64,000 nt of DNA from the NCBI GenBank assembly GCA_964187785.1, contig OZ076409.1, positions 22,198,001 through 22,262,000 on the forward strand, given 5' to 3'. Origin of the DNA: Amphiscolops sp. MND2022 (Eukaryota). The first letter of the stretch is position 1. Each line of letters begins with the position of its first letter. The notes beneath the pieces are model-generated. The model was not told the origin of the DNA. It worked only from the letters and a program-made list of their open reading frames with translations, and made no database searches. The position numbers were made by a program, and so were the translations under genes. Of the stretch, positions 52,667 to 63,886 are shown piece after piece.

Positions 52667-53058
52667 GACGGCCGGAACTTTTTCCATGCAGTGCTGCAGG
52701 CTTTCGTGCAGGGTAAATGTTTCTGATCCCAAGCAATTCAGTAAAGTTCGGGTGGTAAATCTTGTGGAATTGCACTGCAGGTTGCGGAAAAACTGATAGA
52801 ATCCTAATTGCATTTATTAAAACAATTTTTTTGGTGGCAAAATTGGAGTTCAACAAGGAGTGGAAATTTATTGGATGGAAATTTACGTGACGGTACTTTA
52901 AAATCATGATACCTTTCCGTGGCTGCCTGTAAAAAGTTCAAGGAGTTTCAACTAGGGTTGAAGCATTCAATTTCTTTATATGATTTGTTAGTAGCTCAAG
53001 AGCTTGTGTAGCTTTCTTCTAACACATATCTCTTTGCAAACCATCAGAATTTACTCTG

Positions 53059-53564
53059 TTTTTAGTCGGCGCTTTTCTAGTGAAAAGTGCCCGACTCTTA
53101 CAGTGGCTAGTTTTTTTTCTTTTTTTTTTCGTCAGACTGCAATCTCACTCTGATTGGGCCACTTTTCTTACAATCGAAACTACTAAAACTACTACCATAA
53201 GGCCAAGTCCGGTCAGCGGAAGATTGTGCAAAAGGGTCCCCCCTTTCATTTTGTACTATTTTAACGTAACCTACAAAACCGGACGAGACTAAAGGGTCCC
53301 CCCTTTCGATTTTTTTCGGCATTGTGCGACTTTTTTTCGAAAATTTTTTAATGTCTCAAAAGAGTCCCCCTTTCGAGTTTTTCGATATTTTGCAACAAAA
53401 TATATGTTAATAAAGCCCAAAGGGTCCCCCTTTTACATTTTTCGGCACTATGCGATATTTTCTGAAAGAAAAAAATCAAAAATTTCAAGTTTTTTTCAAA
53501 AAAAAGTCTTTTGCGCTTTTTGAGCCTTAGATATAGCGCCGACTTCAGACGTTCCCGTCTTGTT
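53059..53564 (+). mobile_element. DINE-1/Helentron-like repeat, best-preserved copy
   Basis: subTIRs AGTCGGCGCT (53064-53073) and AGCGCCGACT (53535-53544); partial IR GCCCGACT near the 5' end; 3' hairpin AGACG-TTCC-CGTCT (53547-53560); T-run flanks; no TSD. Confidence 0.85.
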
Positions 53565-53833
53565 TTTTCTCGTTGTTCATTGAAAATAATCCTGAATAAA
53601 TATCAATAATCCACAGATCCAAACTTTTAGCTGTAGATTTGCACCTTGAACATAATCAGACTGAAAATATCTTAGCCCAATTGGTCCTGCTTTTGAATAG
53701 GTTTCGACGACACTATGAGATTTTGAGAACTTTTAAAAAACAGTTCCTTTGTGTTTTCTGAGCCTTATGCAGGGCTTTTTTTGTTTTTTTTTCCTGTAAT
53801 TTTGAATAAACAAGTTGATTTTTTCATTTCCAG

Positions 53834-54581
53834 GAAACTTACCAGATTGAGTTTCATCGGTCTTCGAGAACTGGAGGAAATTGATTTGGCTGGAAACTTC
53901 ATTTCTTACATTGAGCCCGAAACCTTCGCTGGGCTGCCGAACTTGAATCGCGTGAACTTGGCCGAGAATGAAATGCAAACCCTGGAAAGATACTACTTCC
54001 GAGCCACGACATTCGAGCGCATCTATCTTTCCCTGGATGGCAACAATTTCTATTGCAACGAAGACTTGAAAGAGGAAATCAATGCCATCAAGCATAAAAT
54101 AGACGTCGGCGGGCTGGTCTGCACTGGGGGCGAAATCTGGCGAGTTTTCGGCAAAGTGAGAGGCAGAAACTACGAAGACATTGAAAGTCAAATCCGGAAA
54201 AACTTTGATTCCTGGGAAATTGCGCTTCTAACGGTTGCGTGTTTTATTGTTGTGTGTATCGGTCTTTTCATAGCTTTGGTGGTTCTACGGTTGAGGTCTA
54301 AAGGCTACCAAACTGGCGAGTCAGTGAACCCGAAGGAGGGTGCCACAAAAAGGGATCCGAATGTGAGGGCTAGTGTTAGAGACTCTATGATGGACGAAGG
54401 CCCTTCGAATAATGAGTCATCGAACCCGAGTGGCAGGCGAATAGAAATTACCTCCGAGGATCCTTACAATAATGATGATGACGACGACATGATTTTCACC
54501 CCAGCCAGCGCCCAGCCCCAAAATAACGATCCGGGGCATCATACACCCCCTAACGAGTTTAACAACGATAGTCGAATTTGA
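53834..54581 (+). CDS. Exon 2 of the LRR membrane protein (LRRs, reduced LRRCT, TM, acidic tail)
   Basis: Acceptor TTTTCATTTCCAG; phase-2 join gives NNELQ-KLTRLSFIGLRELEEIDLAGNFISYIEPETFAGLPNLNRVNLAEN; TM IALLTVACFIVVCIGLFIALVVL; spliced CDS of 978 nt gives 325 aa. Confidence 0.9.
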
Positions 54582-55337
54582 TGGAACGTTTTAAAACATC
54601 ACGAGTTTCTGATGATCGCTTAGATTTTATACTTTTATACATGGGTCACATTAAGATATGATCAAGTTTTCTGGCTACTAATTGCAATTCGCGCTTGAAT
54701 AAGTACATTTTGATATTCGTTTGATTCATTTTATATGTACCTTTTTATATTCAACTTTTGAGTGTCTGATTGACTAAAAAACTCAAATAGAACTTATTTT
54801 TCTTCAATTCAGAGAAATTTCAGATATCCAATCAATTTAGACGTAGATATAGTTTGGTCAGAAAATCATTATGTAAATTTATGGGAAAGAGCTTGTCATG
54901 GCGAGTAGAAAACTTGTGCGGTATTCGTTCACCTATATATCGACTAAAAATGAAACCCACTCTTGAAATACATTTTGGACAATTTTTGACAATTCATATA
55001 ACCTGGCAGTTTTGGCTGAGCTTGTTTGCTTAGCAACAATGTCTATTTGAAACTTCCTTAATGCTAGCCTCGGCCGCTAAAGCTCACCCGAACAAAATAA
55101 TGCGGATTTATTACCTGCAATTCGTAGCTTCATAATCCTAACATAATTTTCAGGTTCAAGTCAACAATGGAAAATCTCCCAATTGAGGTAAAAAATAATT
55201 CCATCGGTTCCCAAAATGGATCGCTCTGTGATATTACTGGTAGAAATACAACAAGACACTTTTTGGAAAAGAACTTCCAAGTTTGTACTGCCATAGCAGA
55301 CTGGTTGGTTTTTTGGCATGCTGATGAATTACAAGGA

Positions 55338-57160
55338 CCCATGTTGAGCTTTCCTTGAGAATCTGTACAGATCTGTGAGCCTTTTTTCTTTGAGGATCTG
55401 TAAAGATCGTGCCACTGATTGCTAAGGACAACTGCAGATCTGCAAGGATCTTTAAGGATGTTCAAGGATTTTCTGTACAGATTTTTCAGGAAACTTTTTT
55501 TCTTCAAAGCCTTTAGCGGAACAATGTACTGATTTTTTACTTTACCAAGTATCTTAGCAATTTCAGAACAGTGTACTCAAAAACTTATAAATCTCTTGAC
55601 ATCATTGGCGGAGACGTAAACAAACTCTTTTAAAAAATCTGAAAGTTTGAAAAGTTTACTATGGAACAATGAATATAACACATCAAAAGATTAAAAAAAA
55701 CAAATTCATTGAAATTGAAGCACAGCAAAGGCAAAATCCTTGATTGAAACTGCATTTCATGACATCAGCGATGGGCCACGTCTGGGGCCAACTTATTTCC
55801 AAAACATACAAAAGTTTTATTTCAAAACAAAAATAGAACATTCGATCTTTGCAACAAACATTGAAATAATTTATTTTCGCACTTATGATTCTGGCAATTA
55901 ATCCTGATTGCAGGAAACCAATTGTCGCATAACCATTTAGGGTTCAATATGCAGTGAATCCTGTTTGGAGGAGACCTTACTGCGTGAGTCCCACCAAAAA
56001 CGATAGAGGATTTCGGTTTTGACAGTTTGGAGACCTAATTTCCATAGCTGAAAGAGGAGGCAAAAGATTTGTTCTAGGCAAATATCATTCAACACGGAAC
56101 AAAGATTAAACAGTTTGATTACAAGAGCGATTCACTTATTACAACTGTCATTCGAAAAGTCTTTTGACATTGTTGGTGGTTTACTCAAAAAGTTTTGAAA
56201 AACATTCTGCAAATTCAATTGCAACTAAGTATTTAATTTTGGGTTCTAAACAATGATGACAAAGATCACATCGTGAATGCACTGCATGGGATAAAAGTGG
56301 AAAAACTATCAGTTTCAAACTGTTTTGATGATTCTAGTAGAGACCATTGAAGTAGTACTAGATAATGAATGCGGAAATTTGCAAAGAAAAACAATCGGCT
56401 CAGAATGAATGATCAGATTAGCCAAATTGGTTCTCCGTTTTTTGTTTTGCTAAGCCTGCCAAGATCTCCAAGCGGCAATTTAACTAACTAACAAGGAGTA
56501 TAATACATCAAAAGATGAAGAAATCAAATTCATTGAAAATTAAGCACAGCAAAGATTTTATTTCGTCAAAACCCTTCACTGAAACTGCATTTCATGGGAT
56601 CAGCGATGGACGACATTTGGGTACACTCTGGCACCGATGATATTCACTGTTGTGTACGTGGTTGCGGTGTCCCCGCGCACGTTCACCACTTTTTCTCCAG
56701 ACTAGGATGTGGCTTTTTTGGATGTTTGTTCAATGGAAAAGCGGTAAAAGTATCAGTATTTTTTCTGTGGAGTAAGTGCGACTCGTTCTGTAACGTTCTG
56801 TACATATTCGCACAAAAACTGTTTTCCAGAACTTCAATTAGTAGGCCTTGTAGAGTTAGTTTGTCTTGTAGCGCCATTTTCATCAACTTATTTCATTTTC
56901 AAAGCAGTATTGACGTCCTATTAATTTTTGGACAAATCCTGGAATTTCTGTCAGGATCTGTACAGATCTGTACAGATTCGCGCAGAAACTTTTTTTCCAA
57001 AACTTCAATTAGGTGACGTGTTTACCTTTTGTAGCACTTTTTAATAACTAATTTCAATTTCAAAACTGTTTTTACGACTATTTAAGTTTTGATGAATCCT
57101 GGAATATCTGTCAGGATCTTTACTGATCTGTACAGATTCGCAGGGAGGGCTCAACATAGG
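55338..57160. mobile_element. 1.8-kb non-autonomous TIR element with GATCTGTACAGAT motifs
   Basis: CCCATGTTGAGCTTTCCTTGAGAATCTGTACAGATC versus GATCTGTACAGATTCGCAGGGAGGGCTCAACATAGG; internal duplication near 55675-55790 and 56500-56625. Confidence 0.75.
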
Positions 57161-57339
57161 AAGTAGCGAAAAATATCGCTAAACATTTAAACCCTTAATT
57201 GATATTGGTTGAAGTCAATCTCTTGGTCGCGTATTATTTTTTTTTCAACGTATTTTGAACCAGAAAAAGAGAAACTTAATTCTATTGGATACAATTAAAA
57301 CAAACAATATAAACAAGCTTTGTTGCATTATTCAAGGGC

Positions 57340-57830
57340 GAACAACATAGGATTGCAAGATATTTATGTGGAAAATTTTGAATCTTCTTTGAAAAGTTCT
57401 CTGAATGAAAAAAGCCAAAGAAACTTCCTGTGTAGTAGAAAGAGGAGCAGTATGACAAGTAGTGATGTCAAAAGGTGTTTCTTGAAACTCGGAATGAGAG
57501 AGAGGTGAACATTAGTTTGAGAATGTTATATGAGGAGGGTTTAATTTTTTGATAGGAGATCTTTGTAAAGAAGGAGTAATGGGGATAAGCTCTAAAGGGG
57601 GTGATGTATGAAAAGAGAGCGATTGGAAGAACTGGAAGCAAAAAGCTCCTAAAAGGTTTCAATATTTCCACATGTTTTGAATTTAAAGATTTGAATTCAG
57701 TCGGGTCAATGTTATCTTCTTCGAAGTGATCCTACTGATCACAGCGAGTGGCGTTGAGAATGACATCTAGAAATGGGAACGTTTCCTTGGTTCCAGCAAG
57801 TGTGACGATGAATGTTCTTTACAACTCTGT
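57340..57830 (-). pseudogene. Penelope-like reverse transcriptase fragment
   Basis: Minus strand KETFPFLDV, then downstream IALFSYITPFRAY, resembling PLE RT C-terminal motifs; many stops. Confidence 0.45.
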
Positions 57831-58350
57831 GTGAAAAAGTTGTCAAGCCATTGAGCCCTGTCACAAAACTGAAAAAAAACCTAAGAACTGAGAAATCATA
57901 CTAGTTTTTCCACGTAACGCTGTGTCAACTCAATTAACCCGCCGCTCAAATTTTTGTAATTTCGTGACCACTTAAACTTTCTCGTCAACAATTTTTGTTT
58001 TGTGAAACTGTTTTCCATCAACTTTGTCGGGCACAAATAACTGCTGAGATTACAAATCTCAACAAAAAATTACTTCTGCCCAGTATAATTTAGTTTTAAA
58101 GAGGCTCTCAGTTAGGGGATCACATAGTGTCGCCCATAACAAGACCCACGCCGAGAACGTGGTCTCTGAAGGGTCTCAAAAATTGTAAATACATCTAACT
58201 AACAATACTTCAAACCTGTGGTGTGTAGGAAAATGAACACATGGTCCAGTTAATTTTTAAACATTTTGCTTACTGGCATGATCAGTAAGCAATTAGTTCA
58301 AATCATTGAACTCTAAACTGACATAATTAGTTAGTTACAATAAATGACTA

Positions 58351-59017
58351 CAGTAGTGATATTATTAAAAGCAACAAAAGGCGAATCTCAAAATCGAATA
58401 TCTCTGAAACAGCAGCGAATTGTGAAAAATGATAAAAGTGAAAGTTTCTTAGATTTTTATCTAGTTTACAAAAATGTTTGTTTGAAAATTATGCGATGAG
58501 AATTGTAGAAGTTACGATAGGCTATTTTTAGCCAAATTCAGGCCAAAATTGAAGTTTTTCTCACTTTTGATATACTTTTACTCGAAGTTTTTTGAAAAAT
58601 TATATGTTCAATTGGCACCCCTGATTTAACTGAAGCCCCTGATATGTTTTGATTAAGAAATCATTCCAAAATCGCAAAGAAAATACGCTGTAAAATTAAG
58701 TTTTTTCGAAAATAAATGTATTAAGATACGATTTTGAAATATAGCCACTTAAAACAAGCTCGTACTAATACAATTTACAATATTTTCGAGAAAAAATTAT
58801 ATTGTCAGATTCGAAATATTTGGGAGAATTTTTCTGTCAAAATTATTTTGAAATCAAAAAATTGTAAGTGGATCAAAAGTTCAAAAAACTAAAAAATGAT
58901 GTTTTGGAAATCGCTCTCGACCAATGAAATGAGCGCGTGAGACGTTATTTAGCCAATGAGATTTGTTTATTTGCTTTCTTTCCGCGTGCTTTGTTGCTTT
59001 CAATAATATCACTACTG
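58351..59017. mobile_element. Tc1/mariner-type MITE with TA TSD
   Basis: TA|CAGTAGTGATATTATTAAAAGCAACAAA ... TTTGTTGCTTTCAATAATATCACTACTG|TA. Confidence 0.9.
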
Positions 59018-59609
59018 TAGAATTGTTTTGCGTGCATGTGTCATCCAATGTAAACTTTACTGTATGTATGTATGTGTTAATGTACGTATGCGGTAATTGT
59101 TTAATCGCGTAATTCAGTCAAAGTTGTTGTGTAATTTAGTCAAAGTAATTGAACGCCAAACAACTATTCAATGTAAAATGATGTGTTGGAAGTAATTATT
59201 AAATTCCCGTAAACTAGTCAAACTTTGACTAATTTACACTTTTCGGTAGTTTTGTAAAAGGAGACTCACTAAAAGTGAAATTTATTCAAACTTTGACTAA
59301 CTTACACCTTACTAAATTAGCTTTTATATTTTGACTGTTTTACACCATTTACTAACTACCCATTTTGACTGGAATTCACCGCGTTCATATTACACTTTGC
59401 TGCACCGCTACACTAATAGATTACTACAGTCTTTGACAAATTTACAGTAATTGACTATTTTACCCAAAAAACTATTTACACCAAGTGATCACTTTTCACT
59501 TTTGCGGGACATGTATCGTAATGTCCGGCAGCCAACCAGGAAGCCCCGCGTGAAGCAAAACAGCTGGAATGCCACGTACTGCATTCGTTTTTTTGGGTTG
59601 AATCGACAT

Positions 59610-60825
59610 TGTTAGAGTGTTCACTCTCATAGTAAGTTTTAATCAAATGGAAGCTTGAAAACAAAAGTTCAAGTTCAAGAGAGCAAGTAGGCCTGTCACA
59701 AACGTGGACCTTGTAGCTCAGTGATTTACAGCTGAGTACCAAATCAATCAGATTGCAATCGCAACGCATTGTGGGGGCGCAACTCACAGGGTCCCAATAA
59801 TTTCTCACTAGTCGAAAGTTGACATTGCATCAACTAAGATTTGTTTCTTTAAATGTTAGTCCAAAAGGTTATGGGCCTAGCATAAAGCTTACAGAACGTG
59901 AGAGAGATGATACAGAACTTAAGCGGGGGTGTTAGAGTGTTCACTCCTATAGTAAATTTTGATCCATTGGATGCTTGAAAACGAAAGTTCAAGTTCAAAA
60001 AGAGCAAGTAAGACTCTCGGTAGCATGGACCTTGTAGCTCAGTGATTTACAGTTGAGTACCAAACTAATCAGATTGCCATCACAACGCATTGTGGGGTCG
60101 CTGCTCATAAGGTCCTTATATTTTCTCACTAGTCGAAAGTTGACATTGAATCAACTAAGATTGGTTTTTTTAAATGTTAGTCCAATAGGTTATGGGACTA
60201 GCATAACGCTTACAGAACGTGAGAAAGATGATGAACAGTTTAGGCGGGGGTGTTAGAGTGTTCACTCTCATAGTAAGTTGTAATCAATGAAAGCTTGAAT
60301 ACGAAAGTTCAAGTTCAAGAGAGCAAGTAAGACTCTCAGTAGCGTGGACCTTGTAGCTCAGTGGTTTACAGTTGAGTACCAAATCAATCAGATTGCAATC
60401 ACAACGCATTGTGGGGTCGCTACTCACAAAGTCCCTATAATTTCTCACAAGTCGAAAGTTGACATTGAATCAACTAAGATTGGGTTCTTTGAATCTTAGT
60501 CCAATAGGTTATGGGCCTAGCATAACGCTTACAGAACGTGAGAAAGATGATATGCAACTTAAGCGGGGGTGTTAGAGTGTTCACTATCATAGTAAGTTGT
60601 AATCAATGGAAAGCTTGAATACGAAAGTTCAAGTTCAAGAGAGCAAGTAAGACTCTCAGTAGCGTGGATCTGGTGGCTCAGTGGTTTACAGCTGAGTACC
60701 AAATCAATCCGATTGCAATCACAACGGATTGTGGGGTCGCAACTCACAAGGTCCAAATATTTTCTCACTATTTGAAAGTTGACATTAAATCAACTAAGAT
60801 TGGTTACCTAAATGTTAGTACAATA
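59610..60825 (+). mobile_element. Tandem-array TRIM (4 LTRs, 3 internal domains) with copia-type PBS
   Basis: TSD GACAT (59605-59609 and 60826-60830); LTRs 59610-59866, 59930-60187, 60251-60506, 60570-60825; each 63-bp internal domain starts GGTTATGGG(C/A)CTAGCA and ends A(A/G)GCGGGGG before TGTTAG. Confidence 0.9.
60346..60434 (+). ncRNA. tRNA-like Pol III module in a TRIM LTR (also at 59706-59794, 60027-60115, 60666-60754)
   Basis: Consensus GGACCTT...AAGGTCC closing stem; A box TAGCTCAGTGG; T-arm-like GTGGG-GTCGCAA-CTCAC; B box degenerate; expression unknown. Confidence 0.5.
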
Positions 60826-61007
60826 GACATCAACTTAATGCAAGATTCTTTTCTGTTTAAAATGTGCTAGAACAAAGCTGAACCGTATTTAATATTCGTT
60901 TTCGATTCCACCCTCGCTTTTTTGTCTCTCAGTGTCTTTCTGGAGGCAGTTTCTAAAAATAAAAACACACTACTTCCTGATCTACATTGTTGTGTCTTTT
61001 CCAGATG

Positions 61008-61372
61008 TTTTTTAGTCGGCGCGTTTTCCTTTTAACGAATAATGCCCAACTATAGCAGTGACTTTTTTCTTCAGACTACCATCCTCACACTGATCGGTCC
61101 ACTTTTTAGAAACAATCCTTGAAACCATCTAAGGCCAAGTCTGGCCGAGGCAAACTTAGTCCAAAGGGTCCCCTTTATTTTTTTTTACTTTTTCATTGAA
61201 ACCTATAAAACCGGACGTGCCTAAAGGGTCCCCGCTTTTACATTTTTCGGCACTATGCGACACTTTTCGAAAGAAAAAAATACAAAAATTTCAAGTTTTA
61301 TTTCCAAAAAAAATGTTTTGCGCTTTTTGAGCCTCAGATATAGCGCCGACTTTAGACGTTCTCTTCTTGTTT
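61008..61372 (+). mobile_element. DINE-1/Helentron-like repeat, short copy
   Basis: TTTTTAGTCGGCGC ... GATATAGCGCCGACTTTAGACGTTCTCTTCTTGTT. Confidence 0.8.
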
Positions 61373-61628
61373 TTTGAATTCGTTACGGAAATCGTAATAC
61401 TTTTCTTCGTTTGTTACATTTTTGCAACTTCCTCCACTGTGATTGAAGAATTCGCGACAACGGCAGCAAAAAAATGATTCATCCGTCTTTCGCCCTTCGT
61501 TTTTAGCTTTTGTCTGCCTCCTGTGTGTATGTTGATTTTGCTACCTCATGGGGCTCTTGGGGGGTTTCAGATGATCGAATCACCAATATTAAAGAGTAAT
61601 ACAAAGATGATTGAATCGTGACTGAATC

Positions 61629-61754
61629 GCCGAACATCAAATGGATTTCAACTAAAAAGATGATCATTATGATGGTTTTCACAAGCGTCTTAAGACGCTT
61701 GTGAAAACCATCATAATGATCATCTTTTTAGTTGAAATCCATTTGATGTTCGGC
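61629..61754. repeat. 126-bp perfect palindrome centred on TTAA
   Basis: 63-bp arms, GCCGAACATC...GTCTT|AAGAC...GATGTTCGGC. Confidence 0.95.
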
Positions 61755-62599
61755 AATTGACAAAAGTTCTGGAAAGGTAGACTATGGTACCAAGAAGGTA
61801 GAGACAATTAATATCGCATACGAAAAGCGAAAACTTTAAGCAGGCCATGTATTTAGCAACCGTCCCAGGAGCAAAACGTTATGAGAGTTTCATCGGAATT
61901 AAAGAAATATAACACAGTAACTTGAAAATTTTGTACATTTTGAACTATATTACGCAAAATCTTGAAAAAAAACTGGTCACAAAAAATTGTCATGATTATT
62001 TTTGTAGCTTTGAAAACCTTTTTCAATTTTTATGTGCAACTTTTCCAGATGATGCTTTCTTGAAAACTGAGCAGCCAAAAACAGTTATAACGCCGTCGAG
62101 ACAAACATCTCCGGTGTTTCAAGGAAAAGTGTTTAAAGGTACAATGTTACATGATAAATTACATGATATTACATGATAAATTCCGGAATATGCCAAAAGT
62201 CAAAATAAGGTGTTATAACTTTCTTAGATTTCAGAACAAAAAGTACACCCGTAGTCTTGATTGCACTTTCGAGAAAGTTTTGCACCTCGGACTTTTGTGT
62301 CAATTCGTTAGTTGCAAATCGACAGCGATATCAGCAAAATCGAGTGTCTCTAGTTTTCTGATACCCTTATGAATGTTCACTATTGTCATGTTAAAGTTAA
62401 AAGTCTAGCGTCTCAGAGTTAGCTTGATACAATTCTGCGATCCTCCTCACGCATGCGAATTTCAATTAGGTTTGCTAAAGTTAAAATAATTCCTGAAAGC
62501 CACTAAGCTCCACGTTCGATAGTTGAACATAAAACATTTAGATTTTGAGGTTTTATTTTTCTATGGCAGTGGTAAACATCGTTTTGCTCAATCTCTTTG

Positions 62600-63250
62600 A
62601 AACCCCACGGTTGGAAGTTTTCGTTTTGCTCCTATTAGTACCGTCCAGTATTTCCCAATGTCGAATGTCTGCAGGCGTGTAGACGTTGACGTACTAGCAG
62701 CGCCCTCTTACCTAGAGTATCTCTTCATTCCGCTCAATCAGTTCCTCAAAACATTTTCAAGGCAAAGGTTTTGTCCTAGAGTTTCTCGTTTTCGTTTTGA
62801 GTTTCTTTCGTCAAAGCTGGAGACTGCGATTGAGTCTCAGCCTCTTGTTTTTCGATATTTTTGGAAGGATTCGTTTTTCTAATTTAGTGTTTGTTGGTTG
62901 TTTCTAACTAAAGAATTGAATGTGCAAACTATGGTGTTTTTTCACTTCTAAGCGGTCTATTTGAAAAATTATTCATATGAAGAGAAGGAAGCTTTATAGG
63001 ATGAAGATGCCTATTCTACTGTTACGAAGGAGGAAAACTTTGCAGTAGTTTGTGATGCCAATCTGCTGAACTTATTAAGTTTACCAAACATTGAACAACA
63101 CGTTAAACGGAGATCAAGTGATTGTCAAGTTGAAGGTCAGCCGAAGCCTAAGATTTTGGTAGTACTCTCTGGTTAGTTTTGGGAGGTGCTAAACGAATGG
63201 CAAGACGCTATTCATATCATTCTGCGCTATCAATGGTTTGCAAAGCCTAG
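62600..63250 (-). pseudogene. Possible second Penelope-like relic
   Basis: Weak similarity by eye to 57500-57700 (GAAG..AAGGAAGCTTTATAGGATGAAGATG versus GAAGGAG...AAGCTCTAAAGGGGGTGATG); no intact motif. Confidence 0.25.
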
Positions 63251-63886
63251 CGCTAATTTTTTGTCACTTGACTAGTCACCAACATGGTTTCGAGAGGTCT
63301 ATCTATTATGTTTGAGCATTATATATACATATACATGGTTATATATCGTTATAGATCGTTAAAAGGTGTATGAATAGAATCGTTTTAGCACCTTTTTGAT
63401 TAACGATGGGGAAAACGATGATTACTTTCACTTCGCTTGCGTCTAGTTTCGTTCTTCAAGCGATGGAACAACGATGGCGATTTTTTATCGTATTTACATC
63501 GTTTTTGGTTCAGAGCATGTTTTGATGGACGACGTGATGGGAAACTGATGAAAAGTAGAAATCAAGTCACGGCAGTTCACTTGAGACTAAGCAGTTTGTC
63601 GTGCTACGGGTATTATTGTCCTTTCATCAGTTTTTGAAATGTTATTCGTTAATATCTTCTTCCTCTTTTTGGTGACCGATATCTGCTCCGATTTTATCCC
63701 AATATACAAACATTCAGTGACAGTATTGACTCAGGAGGCTCATAATAAATGAATACATAGCTCATACTCAACGGAAAAGAGGAATTTAAATAAATATCGT
63801 AGAGTTGCTTACAACCATGAATGCTTTATGGTTTCAATTTACCCTTATATAAGTTTTTTGTACAGAAATTGTACCTTATAAATATT

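Noticed and set aside
53751..53833. N-terminal extension of the 276-aa ORF
   Set aside because: Polypyrimidine tract and intron end; the exon starts at 53834
53733..54191. 152-aa minus-strand ORF
   Set aside because: Antisense shadow of LRR exon 2
59476..59808. Cys-rich ORFs here and at 60559-60768
   Set aside because: Antisense translations of the TRIM LTR; not open in all copies
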